DNA of 55,858 bases from contig PKDT01000008.1 in NCBI GenBank assembly GCA_002863085.1, forward strand, positions 1 through 55,858. The letters run 5' to 3'. A model generated the notes under the pieces. That model was given only the letters and a program-made list of their open reading frames with translations, was not told where the DNA came from and made no database searches. The translations under genes were made by a program, and so were the position numbers. Position 1 is the first letter of the stretch, and each line of letters starts with the position of its first letter. The stretch comes from Flavobacteriales bacterium (lineage in GTDB: Bacteria; Bacteroidota; Bacteroidia; Flavobacteriales; TMED113). Below, piece by piece: positions 1-12,159 of this stretch.

Positions 1-1
1 A

Positions 2-310
2 ATAATTTAGCCTGTATCCTTCAATTCTTAAAATTTTTGCAAATACAGAGTGAAATGTTCCCATCCAAAGTCTAAATGATTGTTCGCTGTTAGTCAGTTT
101 GAAAACCCTCTGTTTCATCTCATTTGCTGCCTTGTTGGTAAATGTTAGAGCTAAAATATTTTTTGGATCTACACCGTTTTTTAAAAGAAATGCAATTCTT
201 TCTGTAATAACCCTCGTTTTACCAGATCCAGGTCCAGCAATTATCATCACAGGACCATCGATTTTTCTAACAGCTTGAAGTTGTTGAGGATTTAAATTTT
301 TTGAAATCAT
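2..310 (-). CDS. uvrD: ATP-dependent DNA helicase UvrD/PcrA, N-terminal part (truncated by the window edge)
   Basis: Manual translation from ATG at 310: MISKNLNPQQLQAV...IIAGPGSGKTRVITERIAFLL...ILALTFTNKAANEMKQR...WMGTFHSVF, containing the Q motif, Walker A, and motifs Ia and Ib. Confidence 0.93.
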   Translation of the reverse strand, partial: MISKNLNPQQLQAVRKIDGPVMIIAGPGSGKTRVITERIAFLLKNGVDPKNILALTFTNKAANEMKQRVFKLTNSEQSFRLWMGTFHSVFAKILRIEGYRLNY

Positions 311-510
311 TTCAAAGCGTTTGTTAAATTATTAAACTAAAAATAGTTATTTTTTTAATCATTTGGTGATAAATTACTCGCTAGAAATCAATGTTTATTT
401 CATCAGTGTTAAAAATTGTTTAGTTCCCTCAAAATCAACGTTTTATAGTTGTTTGCTCTATTTTTTTAAAAAATATCGGATCGTCATTTTAAAAAAAAAG
501 AAAAATTTGG

Positions 511-541
511 TTTGATATAAAAATTAAAATTTATAGATTTG
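511..541 (+). promoter_or_regulatory. Bacteroidota housekeeping promoter for the ribosomal supercluster
   Basis: TTTG (511-514), 19-nt spacer, TAGATTTG (534-541); matches the -33/-7 consensus TTTG-N19-21-TAnnTTTG. Confidence 0.8.
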
Positions 542-598
542 CAAACCATTTTTAGGAATGGAAAATAAATATTGATTTGTAACAGATAAAAGAAATAT

Positions 599-976
599 AT
601 GCCCACGATACAACAATTAGTAAGGAAAGGAAGAAGGTCCTCAATAAAAAAAAGTAAATCATTAGCACTTAGTGCATGTCCGCAGCGTAGAGGAGTATGT
701 ACGAGAGTCTATACTACAACCCCTAAAAAGCCAAATTCAGCCATGAGAAAAGTTGCTAGGGTGAGGCTTACAAATGGTTTTGAGGTAAACGCCTATATTC
801 CTGGAGAGGGTCATAATTTACAGGAACATTCAATAGTGTTAGTAAGGGGTGGTAGAGTCAAGGATTTACCAGGCGTTAGATATCACATAGTGCGTGGTGC
901 ACTTGATACTGCTGGTGTTGAGGGAAGAAATCAAAGAAGATCCAAATATGGTACAAAAAAAGCAAAAAAGAAGTAA
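599..976 (+). CDS. rpsL: 30S ribosomal protein S12
   Basis: [29 protein letters not shown]. Confidence 0.99.
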   Translation: MPTIQQLVRKGRRSSIKKSKSLALSACPQRRGVCTRVYTTTPKKPNSAMRKVARVRLTNGFEVNAYIPGEGHNLQEHSIVLVRGGRVKDLPGVRYHIVRGALDTAGVEGRNQRRSKYGTKKAKKK

Positions 977-994
977 TCATTAAATTTTAAAATT

Positions 995-1465
995 GTGAGA
1001 AAATCAAGAGCTAAAAAAAGAATTCTGTTGCCTGATCCAAAATTTGGAGATAAACTCGTAACCAGATTCGTTAACACAATGATGATGAGCGGCAAAAAAA
1101 ATCTCGCTTTTAAAATTTTTTACGACGCAATTGAGATTATTGAAAAAAATAATTTTGAAGAAAATAGCCTCGATGTATGGAAAAAAGCACTTTCAAATGT
1201 TATGCCCCAAGTTGAGGTTCGTAGCAGAAGAATTGGTGGTGCTACATTTCAAATACCAATGGAAATTAGACCTGAGCGTAAAATTTCAATGGCCATGACT
1301 TGGATGATAAAATTTTCTCGTAAAAGAAACGAAAAATCCATGGCTCAAAAACTTGCTGGTGAAATAATGGCAGCATATAAAGAGGAGGGAGCGTCTATCA
1401 AGAAAAAAACTGAAGTTCATAAGATGGCTGAGGCTAACAAAGCTTTTTCCCATTTTAGATTTTAA
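995..1465 (+). CDS. rpsG: 30S ribosomal protein S7 (GTG start)
   Basis: VEVRSRRIGGATFQIP, HKMAEANKAFSHFRF. Confidence 0.99.
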   Translation: MRKSRAKKRILLPDPKFGDKLVTRFVNTMMMSGKKNLAFKIFYDAIEIIEKNNFEENSLDVWKKALSNVMPQVEVRSRRIGGATFQIPMEIRPERKISMAMTWMIKFSRKRNEKSMAQKLAGEIMAAYKEEGASIKKKTEVHKMAEANKAFSHFRF

Positions 1466-1477
1466 ATAATTATAATT

Positions 1478-3583
1478 ATGGCTCAAAGAGATTTAAAGTA
1501 TACAAGAAACATTGGAATTATGGCCCACATTGATGCTGGGAAAACAACTACAACCGAAAGAATCTTATATTACACTGGACTCAGTCACAAAATTGGTGAA
1601 GTTCATGATGGTGCTGCAACTATGGACTGGATGGAACAGGAACAAGAACGAGGAATAACCATTACTTCTGCAGCAACAACTACCAATTGGAAGTTTAGAA
1701 ATGAAGAGTTCAAGATGAATATTATTGATACTCCCGGCCACGTAGACTTCACTGTTGAAGTTGAGCGTTCTTTAAGAGTTCTCGACGGTGCAGTTGCATT
1801 GTTTTGTGCCTCAGGAGGTGTTGAGCCACAATCTGAGACTGTTTGGAGACAAGCTGATAGATATAACGTTCCACGAATTGGATTTGTCAATAAGATGGAC
1901 CGAATAGGTGCTGACTTTTTTAGATGTGTTGAACAAGTTAAGGAAAGACTAAATGGAAATCCAATTCCATTACAAATACCAATTGGCTCTGAAGATAATT
2001 TCAAAGGTGTTGTTGACCTTGTCACAATGAAAGGAATTATTTGGAACGAAGAAGATCTTGGAATGACCTTTAAAGAGGTTGAGATACCAGAAGATTTAAA
2101 GGATACTGCCAGCGAGTGGAGAGATAAAATGCTTGAGGCCGTTGCTGAGTCTGATGAAGCTTTGATGGAAAAGTATTTTGAAGATGCGTCTTCAATTACT
2201 TCATCCGAGATTGAAAAGGCAATTAGAACTGCAACATTAAATATGAGCATCACACCAATGTTATGCGGATCTGCATTTAAAAATAAAGGTGTTCAGACCT
2301 TACTTGACAACGTTATGTTGTATCTCCCAAGCCCGTTAGATGTACCGTCTATTGTAGGTTTAGATCCAAAGTCAGATGAGGAAACAACAAGAAAACCTCA
2401 AAACTCGGAGCCATTCTCTGCTTTAGCTTTTAAAATTGCTACTGATCCCTTTGTTGGTAGATTATGTTTTTTTAGAGTATATTCTGGAGTGTTGCAATCG
2501 GGATCATATATTTATAATACACGCTCAGGATCAAAGGAAAGAATTTCTAGAATCTTTCAAATGCATTCAAACTCTAGAAATGCTCTTGACAAGATTGAAG
2601 CAGGTGACATAGGTGCAGCTGTAGGTTTCAAAGATATAAGAACTGGTGACACACTTTGTGTTGAAAACGCTCAGGTTGTTTTAGAGTCAATGGATTTTCC
2701 AGATCCAGTTATAGGTATTGCTGTTGAACCAAAAACCCAAAATGATGTAGATAAACTTGGCGTGGCTCTCAGTAAATTATCTGAAGAAGATCCAACATTT
2801 CAGGTCAAGTCCGATCATGACACTGGCCAAACAATTATTTCCGGAATGGGTGAATTGCATTTAGAGGTTCTCGTTGACAGACTAAAACGTGAGTTCAATG
2901 TCGAATGTAATCAAGGTGCTCCTCAGGTTAATTACAAAGAAACAATCAAAGGATCTGTAGATCATAGAGAAGTTTACAAAAAACAGACCGGTGGTAGAGG
3001 TAAATTTGCAGACATCATTTTTACTGTTGAGCCCAATGATGACAAAGAAAATCCTGGTTTGTTATTTGTTGACAAAGTTAAAGGGGGTAATATCCCAAAA
3101 GAGTTCATCCCCTCTGTCAAAAAAGGTTTTATGGATTCAATGAAAAATGGAGTATTAGCTGGGTATGAAATCGATTCAATGAAAGTCACATTAAATGATG
3201 GTTCATTTCACGCAGTTGATTCAGATCAACTATCATTTGAAATATGTGCTAAATCTGCATTCAGAGAAGCACTTCCGAAGTGCCAGCCAGTTTTACTTGA
3301 GCCTTTCATGAAACTAGAAGTTGTCACACCAGAAGCAAACATGGGAGACGTCATTGGCGATTTGAATAAAAGACGTGGACTTATTGAAGGAACTAGCGAG
3401 AGAAGTGGTGCTACAATTGTAAATGCAAAAGTTCCCCTTTCTGAAATGTTTGGTTACGTTACAGACCTTAGAACGATAACATCTGGACGTGCAACTTCAA
3501 CAATGGAGTTTAGCCATTATGACGAGGTGCCAAAGAACATCGCTGATGATGTGGTTGCAAAAAATAAAAAAGTAGAAGCATAA
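1478..3583 (+). CDS. fusA: Elongation factor G
   Basis: [34 protein letters not shown]. Confidence 0.99.
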   Translation: MAQRDLKYTRNIGIMAHIDAGKTTTTERILYYTGLSHKIGEVHDGAATMDWMEQEQERGITITSAATTTNWKFRNEEFKMNIIDTPGHVDFTVEVERSLRVLDGAVALFCASGGVEPQSETVWRQADRYNVPRIGFVNKMDRIGADFFRCVEQVKERLNGNPIPLQIPIGSEDNFKGVVDLVTMKGIIWNEEDLGMTFKEVEIPEDLKDTASEWRDKMLEAVAESDEALMEKYFEDASSITSSEIEKAIRTATLNMSITPMLCGSAFKNKGVQTLLDNVMLYLPSPLDVPSIVGLDPKSDEETTRKPQNSEPFSALAFKIATDPFVGRLCFFRVYSGVLQSGSYIYNTRSGSKERISRIFQMHSNSRNALDKIEAGDIGAAVGFKDIRTGDTLCVENAQVVLESMDFPDPVIGIAVEPKTQNDVDKLGVALSKLSEEDPTFQVKSDHDTGQTIISGMGELHLEVLVDRLKREFNVECNQGAPQVNYKETIKGSVDHREVYKKQTGGRGKFADIIFTVEPNDDKENPGLLFVDKVKGGNIPKEFIPSVKKGFMDSMKNGVLAGYEIDSMKVTLNDGSFHAVDSDQLSFEICAKSAFREALPKCQPVLLEPFMKLEVVTPEANMGDVIGDLNKRRGLIEGTSERSGATIVNAKVPLSEMFGYVTDLRTITSGRATSTMEFSHYDEVPKNIADDVVAKNKKVEA

Positions 3584-3585
3584 TT

Positions 3586-3891
3586 ATGAGTCAGAGAATT
3601 AGAATTAAACTTAAATCATATGATTTTAACTTAGTAGATAAATCTGCTGAAAAAATCGTTAAGACGGTTAAGTCTACCGGAGCAGTTGTAAGTGGGCCTA
3701 TTCCATTGCCAACAAACAAGAAAATTTTCACGGTTCTACGTTCACCACACGTAAATAAAAAATCTCGTGAACAGTTTGAACTTAACTCTTACAAAAGACT
3801 ATTAGACATTTATAGTACTTCGACCAGCACAGTTGATGCTCTTATGAAATTAGAGCTTCCGAGTGGGGTAGAAGTAGAAATTAAAGCATAA
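3586..3891 (+). CDS. rpsJ: 30S ribosomal protein S10
   Basis: [30 protein letters not shown]. Confidence 0.99.
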   Translation: MSQRIRIKLKSYDFNLVDKSAEKIVKTVKSTGAVVSGPIPLPTNKKIFTVLRSPHVNKKSREQFELNSYKRLLDIYSTSTSTVDALMKLELPSGVEVEIKA

Positions 3892-3894
3892 GTT

Positions 3895-4545
3895 ATGGCA
3901 GGTATAATTGGTAAAAAAATAGGAATGAGTAGTTTTTTCGATCAAGATGGAAAGAGTATTCCATGTACTATGATTGAAGCTGGTCCATGTATTGTGACTC
4001 AAATAAAAAACATTGAAAAAGATGGCTATTCTGCTATACAACTGGGTTTCGAAGATAAGAATCTGAAAAAGTTGAAAAAGTCAGAAATCGGACATGTTAA
4101 AAATGCTTCTTGTCAACCACTAAAAACATACTCCGAATTCAAAAACAACTACACTAGAACTAATGATGAGGGAACTTCAGAGCAGTTTGAGCCAAATGTT
4201 GGAGATATTGTTGGAGTTGATATGTTCAACGAAGGCGAATTTGTTGATGTGACTAGTACTAGCAAAGGTAAAGGTTTTCAAGGTGTTGTTAAGCGACACG
4301 GATTCGCTGGTGTCGGTGATGCTACTCACGGACAACATAACAGAATGCGTGCCCCAGGTTCAATTGGTGCAGCTTCTTATCCGGCAAGGGTCTTCAAAGG
4401 AATGCGAATGGCTGGCAGAATGGGGGGTGAAAAAGTCAAGATAAAGAATCTAAAAGTTCTTAAGATATTAAAAGAAAAAAACGTCATCATACTGAAGGGG
4501 GCTGTTCCCGGACATAATAATACTTACGTAAATATTACAAATTAA
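3895..4545 (+). CDS. rplC: 50S ribosomal protein L3
   Basis: [37 protein letters not shown]. Confidence 0.99.
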   Translation: MAGIIGKKIGMSSFFDQDGKSIPCTMIEAGPCIVTQIKNIEKDGYSAIQLGFEDKNLKKLKKSEIGHVKNASCQPLKTYSEFKNNYTRTNDEGTSEQFEPNVGDIVGVDMFNEGEFVDVTSTSKGKGFQGVVKRHGFAGVGDATHGQHNRMRAPGSIGAASYPARVFKGMRMAGRMGGEKVKIKNLKVLKILKEKNVIILKGAVPGHNNTYVNITN

Positions 4546-5165
4546 TGAAGTTACCAATACTAAATACCAAAGGTAAAGAAACCGGTAGAGAAGCGACGTT
4601 AGCTAAATCCATATTTGGAGTTGACCCTCACGAGCATTCAGTTTATTTATCTGTAAAGCAGATTAGAGCAAATACTAGACAAGGTACTAGCAAAACCAAA
4701 GAAAGAGGTGAGATAAAAGGTAGTACCAGAAAAATAAAAAAACAGAAAGGTACTGGAACTGCAAGAGCTGGTAGTATAAAAAATCCTCTATTTAGAGGCG
4801 GTGGCCGAATATTTGGTCCATCTCCGAGAAACTACGATACCAAGCTTAACCGAAAAGTTAAAGAGCTTGCACGTCGCTCTGCTCTGAGCTCAAAAGCCAA
4901 ATCTAAAAATATTGTTGTTATTGAAGACTTCGATTTTCAGACACCAAAAACTAAAAGTTTTTTAAAAATTTTAGAAAACTTAAAACTTGGTTCAGAAAAA
5001 ATAATGCTAATAATGTCTGAATCAAAAAACTCAGTTCTTTTGTCTGCTAAAAATTTGAAAAAGGCAAATGTAGTTCTGTTTAACGAAATTAATGTTTACA
5101 ACATATTAGATGCACAAAAGTTGATTATTGTTGAAAGTGCCCTAGAAAACTTAAATAAAAAATAA
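4545..5165 (+). CDS. rplD: 50S ribosomal protein L4
   Basis: RQGT, KQKGTGTARAGS, RGGGRIFGP. Confidence 0.99.
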   Translation: MKLPILNTKGKETGREATLAKSIFGVDPHEHSVYLSVKQIRANTRQGTSKTKERGEIKGSTRKIKKQKGTGTARAGSIKNPLFRGGGRIFGPSPRNYDTKLNRKVKELARRSALSSKAKSKNIVVIEDFDFQTPKTKSFLKILENLKLGSEKIMLIMSESKNSVLLSAKNLKKANVVLFNEINVYNILDAQKLIIVESALENLNKK

Positions 5166-5456
5166 ATGGATTTATTACTTAGACCTATTGTAACAGAAAA
5201 AGTGACATCACAAACAGAAAAATTCAACAGATACGCTTTCGTGGTGTCAAAAGATGCGAACAAGATTGAGATTAAAAAATCAGTTGAGACCATCTACAAT
5301 GTGTCAGTGAAATCTGTCAGAACAATGAACTACTATGGTAAAACAAAGAACAGGTTTACAAAAACTGGTGTAACCCGTGGTAAAAAAAATGCTTTTAAGA
5401 AAGCAATTGTCGAATTAATTGATGGCAATAGTATTGACTTTTATAATAACGTATAA
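5166..5456 (+). CDS. rplW: 50S ribosomal protein L23
   Basis: [18 protein letters not shown]; position in the S10 operon. Confidence 0.98.
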   Translation: MDLLLRPIVTEKVTSQTEKFNRYAFVVSKDANKIEIKKSVETIYNVSVKSVRTMNYYGKTKNRFTKTGVTRGKKNAFKKAIVELIDGNSIDFYNNV

Positions 5457-5458
5457 TC

Positions 5459-6280
5459 ATGGCTGTAAAGAAAATTAACCCACTTACTCCTGGACAAAGA
5501 TTTAAGGTTGTAACAACTTTTGATGATATAACTTCTTCAAAACCAGAGAAGTCACTTGTTAAAGTCAAGAAAAGAAGTGGCGGTAGAAATAATGACGGTA
5601 GAATGACAATGAGATATGTTGGAGGGGGGCACAAAAAAAAATACAGAGTTGTTGATTTCAAAAGAGATAAGTTTGGCATTCCAGCCACTGTCAAGTCAAT
5701 TGAGTATGATCCCAACAGAACCGCAAGAATTGCACTTTTACACTATGTTGATGGAGAAAAAAGATACATAATTGCTCCAGATGATCTAAATATTGGTGAT
5801 AAACTTACCTCCGGAAAAGGAGTGCCACCAAACATTGGTAATAGCTTATTTTTATCCGACATTCCATTGGGAACAACAATACATAATGTTGAATTATACC
5901 CAGGTAAAGGAGCTTCGTTTGCTAGGAGTGCTGGTGCAAGTGTACAAATTGTTGCAAGAGAAGGAAAGTATGCAACATTAAAGTTACCTAGTGGAGAAAG
6001 CAGATTAGTCTTACTTACCTGTTTGGCTACAATTGGGACCGTATCTAACTCTGAACACGGGTTACAAAAGTCAGGAAAGGCCGGAAGAAGCAGATGGTTT
6101 GGACGACGACCAAGAACAAGAGGTGTTGCTATGAACCCTGTTGACCATCCTATGGGGGGAGGTGAAGGTAAAGCCTCGGGTGGACATCCTAGGTCTAGAA
6201 ATGGTGTACCTGCAAAAGGATATAAAACACGCTCTAAGAAAAAATTGTCCAATAAATACATAATTAAAAGAAGAAAATAA
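5459..6280 (+). CDS. rplB: 50S ribosomal protein L2
   Basis: [38 protein letters not shown]. Confidence 0.99.
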   Translation: MAVKKINPLTPGQRFKVVTTFDDITSSKPEKSLVKVKKRSGGRNNDGRMTMRYVGGGHKKKYRVVDFKRDKFGIPATVKSIEYDPNRTARIALLHYVDGEKRYIIAPDDLNIGDKLTSGKGVPPNIGNSLFLSDIPLGTTIHNVELYPGKGASFARSAGASVQIVAREGKYATLKLPSGESRLVLLTCLATIGTVSNSEHGLQKSGKAGRSRWFGRRPRTRGVAMNPVDHPMGGGEGKASGGHPRSRNGVPAKGYKTRSKKKLSNKYIIKRRK

Positions 6281-6282
6281 AA

Positions 6283-6549
6283 ATGGGAAGATCTTTAAAA
6301 AAAGGACCATATGTTCATTATAAATTGTTGAAAAAAGTTGAGGAAAACCTTAGCAACAACAAAAAAGCTGTCATAAAAACATGGAGCAGGTCATCCATGA
6401 TCATTCCGGACTTTGTAGGCCAGACATTTGCTGTACACAACGGTAGACAATTTGTTCCTGTGTTTATTACTGAAAATATGGTTGGACATAAACTTGGAGA
6501 ATTTTCACCTACCAGATCTTTCAGAGGACATGGCGGAAAAAAAAGATAA
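6283..6549 (+). CDS. rpsS: 30S ribosomal protein S19
   Basis: [25 protein letters not shown]. Confidence 0.99.
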   Translation: MGRSLKKGPYVHYKLLKKVEENLSNNKKAVIKTWSRSSMIIPDFVGQTFAVHNGRQFVPVFITENMVGHKLGEFSPTRSFRGHGGKKR

Positions 6550-6565
6550 TTTAACTACATAACTA

Positions 6566-6961
6566 ATGACAAGTACAAAAAATAAAAAAATCAGTAAAGC
6601 ATCCGAAAGTTTTGACAGTAAAGAAGTTGTTGCTAAATTAAAAAACTGTCCAACCTCACCCAGGAAAATGAGACTTGTTGTTGACCAAATTAGGGGTTTA
6701 AAAGTTGAGAAGGCGCTTGTGCTTCTTAAACACAGCACTAAGGATGCCTCTGTAAAATTAGAAAAGTTACTGCTATCTGCTGTTGCTAATTGGCAGACCA
6801 AATATGGCGATGAAGTTGCAGAACTTTCAGTAACCAAAATTTTTGTTGACTCTGGTAGAATGCTTAAACGTATGCAACCCGCACCGCAAGGTAGGGCTCA
6901 CAGAATTAGAAAACGCTCCAATCATGTTACATTAATGGTTGGACTAATTGATAAAATATAA
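6566..6961 (+). CDS. rplV: 50S ribosomal protein L22
   Basis: [31 protein letters not shown]. Confidence 0.99.
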   Translation: MTSTKNKKISKASESFDSKEVVAKLKNCPTSPRKMRLVVDQIRGLKVEKALVLLKHSTKDASVKLEKLLLSAVANWQTKYGDEVAELSVTKIFVDSGRMLKRMQPAPQGRAHRIRKRSNHVTLMVGLIDKI

Positions 6962-6963
6962 TT

Positions 6964-7686
6964 ATGGGACAAAAAACAAATCCAATTGGTAACAGATTAG
7001 GCTTCATTAGAGGATGGGATTCAGCATGGTATGGTGGCAAAGACTTTGGTGACAGAATATTAGAAGATTACAAAATTAGAAAATATCTACACGCTAGGCT
7101 TAAAAAAGCTAGTGTTTCAAAAATAGTAATTGAGAGAACTTTAAAAATTATAACAGTCACTATCAGTACCTCTCGTCCTGGACTAATAATCGGAAAAGGT
7201 GGACAAGAAGTAGATAAATTAAAAGAAGAATTGAAGAAAATAACATCAAAAGATGTACAAGTTAATATTTTTGAAATCAAAAGACCTGAGCTAGATGCAA
7301 AACTAGTTGCAAGAAATATAGCCAATCAAATTGAGGGGAGATTTCCTTACAGAAGGGCTGTCAAAATGGCTATTGCTGCAGCAATGAGAATGGGTGCAGA
7401 AGGAATAAAGGTTCAAGTATCTGGAAGGTTAAATGGTGTTGAAATGGCTAGATCTGAAATGTATAAAGAAGGACGTACCCCACTTCACACATTTCGAGCT
7501 GATATTGACTACTGCATTGAAGAAGCTTTGACCACTTACGGATTGATTGGGGTAAAAGTCTGGATTTGTAAAGGTGAAGTTTACGGAAAAAGAAGTCTTA
7601 CGCCCATTGAAACGATTGTTGTTGGTACAAAAAGAAATACTGGTAGACAAGGTCCAAGAAATAATAATACAAGAAGAAAAAAATAG
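6964..7686 (+). CDS. rpsC: 30S ribosomal protein S3
   Basis: [31 protein letters not shown]. Confidence 0.99.
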   Translation: MGQKTNPIGNRLGFIRGWDSAWYGGKDFGDRILEDYKIRKYLHARLKKASVSKIVIERTLKIITVTISTSRPGLIIGKGGQEVDKLKEELKKITSKDVQVNIFEIKRPELDAKLVARNIANQIEGRFPYRRAVKMAIAAAMRMGAEGIKVQVSGRLNGVEMARSEMYKEGRTPLHTFRADIDYCIEEALTTYGLIGVKVWICKGEVYGKRSLTPIETIVVGTKRNTGRQGPRNNNTRRKK

Positions 7687-7699
7687 ATAATATTTAATT

Positions 7700-8119
7700 A
7701 TGTTACAGCCAAAAAAGACAAAATACAGAAAAAGTCAAAAGGGACGAATGAAAGGTAATGCTCAAAGGGGTGCATTACTCAATTTTGGGTCTTTTGGTAT
7801 CAAAGCCCTTGGAGAATGTTTCATTACTTCCCGCCAGATTGAAGCGGCACGTATTGCTGCCACAAGATATATGAAAAGAGAGGGGCAACTTTGGATAAGG
7901 ATTTTTCCAGATAAAGTATTGACAAAAAAACCTGCGGAAGTTAGAATGGGTAAGGGTAAAGGGGCTCCTGAGTATTGGGTGGCTGTAGTGAAACCTGGTA
8001 GGATGTTATTTGAATGTGATGGAGTTAGCTCTGAAATAGCTTCGGAAGCACTTAGATTAGCTGCACAGAAGCTTCCTGTAAAAACAAAGTTCATAAAAAG
8101 ACGTGATTTAATAAATTAA
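7700..8119 (+). CDS. rplP: 50S ribosomal protein L16
   Basis: [22 protein letters not shown]. Confidence 0.99.
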   Translation: MLQPKKTKYRKSQKGRMKGNAQRGALLNFGSFGIKALGECFITSRQIEAARIAATRYMKREGQLWIRIFPDKVLTKKPAEVRMGKGKGAPEYWVAVVKPGRMLFECDGVSSEIASEALRLAAQKLPVKTKFIKRRDLIN

Positions 8120-8121
8120 TT

Positions 8122-8316
8122 ATGGCAAATAAAAATTTAATAAGCGAAATGACAGACTTGGAACTCAAGAAAAAGTTGAGTGACTGCAAGGATGCTTACA
8201 CCAAAAAAAAGCTATTTCACAAGACAGCAACCTTAGACAATCCAATTTCTATTAGGTTTGACAGAAGAGAGATTGCAAAAGTTTTAACTGAAATTAATAA
8301 AAGAAAAATAAAATGA
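8122..8316 (+). CDS. rpmC: 50S ribosomal protein L29
   Basis: [16 protein letters not shown]; lies between rplP and rpsQ. Confidence 0.96.
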   Translation: MANKNLISEMTDLELKKKLSDCKDAYTKKKLFHKTATLDNPISIRFDRREIAKVLTEINKRKIK

Positions 8317-8570
8317 TTGAAAGAAAATTAAGAAAAGAGAGAATTGGAATCGTATCAAGCGTTTCGATGGAAAAATCAATTGTTGTTTCTGTAGAAAGAA
8401 GGGTAAAACATCCGAAGTATGAAAAGTTTGTAAAAACTACATCAAAATTTATGGCTCACGATGAGAATAATGAATGTACTGTAGGTGACAAGGTTTCGAT
8501 AATGGAGACAAGACCAATGAGCAAGAGAAAATGTTGGAGATTAGTTAAAGTATTAGAAAAAGTAAAATAA
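8313..8570 (+). CDS. rpsQ: 30S ribosomal protein S17
   Basis: [24 protein letters not shown]. Confidence 0.99.
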   Translation: MIERKLRKERIGIVSSVSMEKSIVVSVERRVKHPKYEKFVKTTSKFMAHDENNECTVGDKVSIMETRPMSKRKCWRLVKVLEKVK

Positions 8571-8571
8571 T

Positions 8572-8940
8572 ATGGTACAACAAGAATCATTACTAAATGT
8601 AGCAGACAACACGGGTGCAAAAAAAGTTTTGTGCATCAGGGTTCTGGGTGGAACGAAAAGAAGATATGCATCACTTGGTGACAAAGTAGTGGTGTCAGTA
8701 AAGGCAGTTTCTCCAAATGGTACTGTTAAGAAAAAACAAGTGACAACTGCAGTAATCGTTAGAACAAAAAAAGAAGTTAAAAGGCGAGACGGATCTTATA
8801 TTAGATTTGATGATAATGCATGTGTACTGCTGGACACTAATGGAGAAATGAGAGGAACAAGAGTCTTTGGTCCCGTCGCACGTGAACTTAGAGATAAAAA
8901 TAATATGAAAATAATATCACTTGCACCAGAAGTGTTATAA
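8572..8940 (+). CDS. rplN: 50S ribosomal protein L14
   Basis: [33 protein letters not shown]. Confidence 0.99.
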   Translation: MVQQESLLNVADNTGAKKVLCIRVLGGTKRRYASLGDKVVVSVKAVSPNGTVKKKQVTTAVIVRTKKEVKRRDGSYIRFDDNACVLLDTNGEMRGTRVFGPVARELRDKNNMKIISLAPEVL

Positions 8941-8956
8941 TTTAACTTAAAATGTT

Positions 8957-9277
8957 ATGTTTAAAATCAAACTAAAAAAAGGAGACACTGTAAAGGTAAT
9001 GACCGGAAAGTCAAAGGGACATATTGGAAGAATAATTTCAGTTGTTCCTAACAAAAATGTAGCTTACGTAGAGGGAGCTGGTATAGTTAGCCGTCACACA
9101 AAGCCAAATTCTCAAAATCCTGATGGCGGTATTATAAAAAAGGAATCTCCAATCAGCATTTCAAACCTAATGATGGTTGATGGTAAAGGAAATCATTCCA
9201 AAGTTGGGGTAAAATTTGATGAAAAAACAGGAAAACGACAAAGATTTTTTAAAACAACTGGAGAAATTGTAAAATGA
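8957..9277 (+). CDS. rplX: 50S ribosomal protein L24
   Basis: KOW motif [25 protein letters not shown]. Confidence 0.98.
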   Translation: MFKIKLKKGDTVKVMTGKSKGHIGRIISVVPNKNVAYVEGAGIVSRHTKPNSQNPDGGIIKKESPISISNLMMVDGKGNHSKVGVKFDEKTGKRQRFFKTTGEIVK

Positions 9278-9825
9278 AAACATATACACCTAGACTTAAA
9301 AACAAATACAAGAGCGAGATAGTACCCAAACTCAAATCTGAGCTTGGCTACGAAAATCTAATGCAGGTTCCAAGACTAAGAAAAATATGTATCAATCAAG
9401 GAATCGGTCAAGCTGTAAATGATAAGAAATTAGTTGAAATTGCCGCTGACGAGATGACTAGGATTACTGGACAAAAGTCTGTTGTAGCTCTTTCTAAAAA
9501 GGATATTTCAAATTTTAAACTCAGAAAAGGTATGCCAATTGGTGTTAAGGTTACACTTAGAAAGGATAAAATGTATGAATTTTTAGACAGGCTTATCTCA
9601 GTTTCTCTTCCTGGAGTAAGAGATTTTCAAGGAATTAGTCCCAATGGTTTTGATGGTAGAGGAAATTATACCCTGGGAATAAAAGAACAAATAATTTTCC
9701 CTGAGATTAAAGTTGATGAAATAAAAAAAATAACAGGTATGGATATAACCTTCGTGACCTCTGCCAATTCTGACGAAGAAGGTTTGTCTTTATTAAAAGA
9801 ACTAGGTTTACCATTTAAAAAATAA
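9274..9825 (+). CDS. rplE: 50S ribosomal protein L5
   Basis: [32 protein letters not shown]. Confidence 0.99.
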   Translation: MKTYTPRLKNKYKSEIVPKLKSELGYENLMQVPRLRKICINQGIGQAVNDKKLVEIAADEMTRITGQKSVVALSKKDISNFKLRKGMPIGVKVTLRKDKMYEFLDRLISVSLPGVRDFQGISPNGFDGRGNYTLGIKEQIIFPEIKVDEIKKITGMDITFVTSANSDEEGLSLLKELGLPFKK

Positions 9826-9831
9826 ATTCGT

Positions 9832-10101
9832 ATGGCAAAAGAATCAATGAAAGCAAGAGAGGTTAAGAGACAAAAACTTGTTTCCAAATATGCAAAAAAA
9901 AGAGAAGCACTAAAACTTTCAGGAGATTATACTGGTCTTCAAAAGCTTCCTAAGAACTCCTCGCCTGTTAGACTTCACAATCGATGTAAAATAACAGGCC
10001 GACCTAAAGGTTACATGCGAATCTTTGGAATATCTCGTGTAACTTTCAGAGAAATGGCAAATAAAGGACTGATTCCTGGAATAAAAAAATCAAGTTGGTA
10101 A
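9832..10101 (+). CDS. rpsN: 30S ribosomal protein S14 (89-aa, zinc-independent form)
   Basis: [30 protein letters not shown]; no CxxC pairs. Confidence 0.99.
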   Translation: MAKESMKAREVKRQKLVSKYAKKREALKLSGDYTGLQKLPKNSSPVRLHNRCKITGRPKGYMRIFGISRVTFREMANKGLIPGIKKSSW

Positions 10102-10112
10102 AAATTAAAATT

Positions 10113-10511
10113 ATGATAACAGACTCAATAGGAAATTATTTAACTTCAATTAGAAACGCAATTCAAGCACAACATAAAGTTGTCAATGTTCCATCATCAA
10201 ACGTTAAAAAAGAGATTACGAAAGTGTTGATGGATCAAGGTTACATTTTGAACTATAAATTTATGACTGAAGGCAATAAAGAATCTATAAAAATTGCTTT
10301 GAAATATAATTCAGTTACTAATGTATCAGCTATAAAAGGTTTAAAACGTGTTAGCACACCTGGTCTTAGAAAATATTCTAGCTCATCAGATTTGCCAAGG
10401 GTTCTCAATGGCTTGGGTATTGCTGTTGTATCCACCTCAAAAGGAATTATGACTGATAAAAAAGCAAGGAAAATGAACATTGGTGGTGAAATAATTTGCC
10501 ATGTGTATTAA
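10113..10511 (+). CDS. rpsH: 30S ribosomal protein S8
   Basis: TDSIGNYLTSIRNA, RVSTPGLRKY, STSKG; start moved to the ATG at 10113. Confidence 0.98.
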   Translation: MITDSIGNYLTSIRNAIQAQHKVVNVPSSNVKKEITKVLMDQGYILNYKFMTEGNKESIKIALKYNSVTNVSAIKGLKRVSTPGLRKYSSSSDLPRVLNGLGIAVVSTSKGIMTDKKARKMNIGGEIICHVY

Positions 10512-10525
10512 TAAAAAATAAAATT

Positions 10526-11074
10526 ATGTCAAGAATAGGATTAAGCCCAATTAATGTTCCGGAAGGTCTCGAGTTCAGCTTTGTTGAACAGACTTTTTCT
10601 GTAAAAAACCAGAATAATAGTTTATCTATCAAAATTGACAATGGATTCGATATTCAAAGCGACTCGGGCGTAATTAATATAAAACGACCAAACAATAATA
10701 AGGATAGTAGGTCAAAACATGGCCTTTACAGATCACTCATTAATAACATGTTTATTGGTTTATCGAAGGGTTTTGAGCTTGAGTTAGAATTGCATGGTGT
10801 AGGTTACAGAGCTTCCAATAAGGGTCAGTTGTTAGAGCTCTCACTTGGTTATTCTCATAATATCGCTATGCAGGTTTGTGAGGAGGTTGCATTAAGTACT
10901 GAATCTGAAAAAGGAAAGCAACCCAAAATTATTCTAAAATCTCATGACAAAGAATTGATTGGAATGGTGGCTGCAAAAATAAAATCATTGAGAAAACATG
11001 ACCCATACAAAGGAAAGGGAATCAGATTTGTTGGTGAAAGAGTAAGAAGAAAAGCAGGTAAAACTGCTAGTTAA
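10526..11074 (+). CDS. rplF: 50S ribosomal protein L6
   Basis: MSRIG, GVGYRA, LGYSH, PYKGKGI; start moved to the ATG at 10526. Confidence 0.98.
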   Translation: MSRIGLSPINVPEGLEFSFVEQTFSVKNQNNSLSIKIDNGFDIQSDSGVINIKRPNNNKDSRSKHGLYRSLINNMFIGLSKGFELELELHGVGYRASNKGQLLELSLGYSHNIAMQVCEEVALSTESEKGKQPKIILKSHDKELIGMVAAKIKSLRKHDPYKGKGIRFVGERVRRKAGKTAS

Positions 11075-11092
11075 ATAATTTACAGTTGAATT

Positions 11093-11446
11093 ATGACAAA
11101 CAAAACTAAAAGAAGACAAAAAATAAAGAACAGGATTAGGGCTATCATCAAAGGAACTAAAGATAACCCCAGACTTTCTGTTTTTAGAAGCAACAAGGAA
11201 ATTTATGCATCTCTCATTGATGATGTTAATGGTGTAACTATTTGTTCTGCATCATCAATAGAAAAAGATTTTTCCAAAAGCAAATTAACAAAATTAGAAC
11301 AAGCGAAAATTGTTGGTGAAAACCTAGCTGAAAGAGCGAAATCATCAGGTGTAAAAAAATGTTCATTTGATAGAAATGGGTATTTGTTTCACGGTCGTGT
11401 TAAGTCATTAGCCGACGGTGCGAGAACAGCTGGATTAAATTTTTAG
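11093..11446 (+). CDS. rplR: 50S ribosomal protein L18
   Basis: PRLSVFRSNK, FDRNGYLFHGRVK, GLNF. Confidence 0.99.
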   Translation: MTNKTKRRQKIKNRIRAIIKGTKDNPRLSVFRSNKEIYASLIDDVNGVTICSASSIEKDFSKSKLTKLEQAKIVGENLAERAKSSGVKKCSFDRNGYLFHGRVKSLADGARTAGLNF

Positions 11447-11449
11447 ATT

Positions 11450-11971
11450 ATGAAATCAAAAGTAAATATACAACATGTGAGACCCAGTGGTTTAGAACTT
11501 GTAGAAAAAGTAGTTAGTATACAACGGGTTACAAAAGTTACAAAAGGTGGGCGTACATTTAGTTTTTCTGCAATTGTTGTTGTTGGAAATCAGGACGGTG
11601 TCGTTGGATATGGTCTTGGTAAGGGAAAAGAGGTTACTCTTGCTATCACTAAAGCTACTGACAATGCAAAAAAGCAATTGGTCAGAATTCCAATAATTAA
11701 AGGCACAATTCCTCATGAACAATATGGTAAATATGGTGGAGCTAAAGTTTACATGAGACCAGCTTCAAGCGGTACCGGGGTTATCGCAGGTGGAGCGATG
11801 AGGTCAATCATTGAGTCAGTTGGAATCAAGGATATTTTAGCTAAGTCTAAAGGATCAACTAATCCTCACAACTTAGTTAAAGCCACACTTGAAGCACTTG
11901 TTAATTTGAGAGATGCAAATGAAATAGCAAATCTCAGAGGGATTTCATTAAACAAAGTACTAAATGGATAA
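11450..11971 (+). CDS. rpsE: 30S ribosomal protein S5
   Basis: [25 protein letters not shown]. Confidence 0.99.
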   Translation: MKSKVNIQHVRPSGLELVEKVVSIQRVTKVTKGGRTFSFSAIVVVGNQDGVVGYGLGKGKEVTLAITKATDNAKKQLVRIPIIKGTIPHEQYGKYGGAKVYMRPASSGTGVIAGGAMRSIIESVGIKDILAKSKGSTNPHNLVKATLEALVNLRDANEIANLRGISLNKVLNG

Positions 11972-11973
11972 TT

Positions 11974-12147
11974 ATGAAAATAAAAATTAAACTAATTAGA
12001 AGTTGTATTAATCGCCCAAAAAACCAGAAAAAAACATTAGTGGCGCTGGGTTTGAAAAAAATTAATCAAGTTGTAACACATGAATCGTCGCCACAAATTT
12101 TAGGAATGATAAATGTTGTAAGTCATTTAGTTAATATTGAGAAATAA
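11974..12147 (+). CDS. rpmD: 50S ribosomal protein L30 (57 aa, not in the ORF track)
   Basis: Manual translation MKIKIKLIRSCINRPKNQKKTLVALGLKKINQVVTHESSPQILGMINVVSHLVNIEK; lies between rpsE and rplO. Confidence 0.97.
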   Translation: MKIKIKLIRSCINRPKNQKKTLVALGLKKINQVVTHESSPQILGMINVVSHLVNIEK

Positions 12148-12159
12148 AACAATTATAAT

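Noticed and set aside
385-443. Imperfect direct repeat AAATCAAYGTTT (385-396, 432-443) in the uvrD-rpsL intergenic region
   Set aside because: Only two AT-rich 12-mers; cannot be distinguished from chance and shows no recognisable RNA leader or DnaA boxes.
1603-2253. Long antisense ORFs (also 5743-6261, 17928-18281, 23168-23869, 29311-29832 and others)
   Set aside because: They are shadows of well-conserved genes on the opposite strand and have no recognisable motifs.
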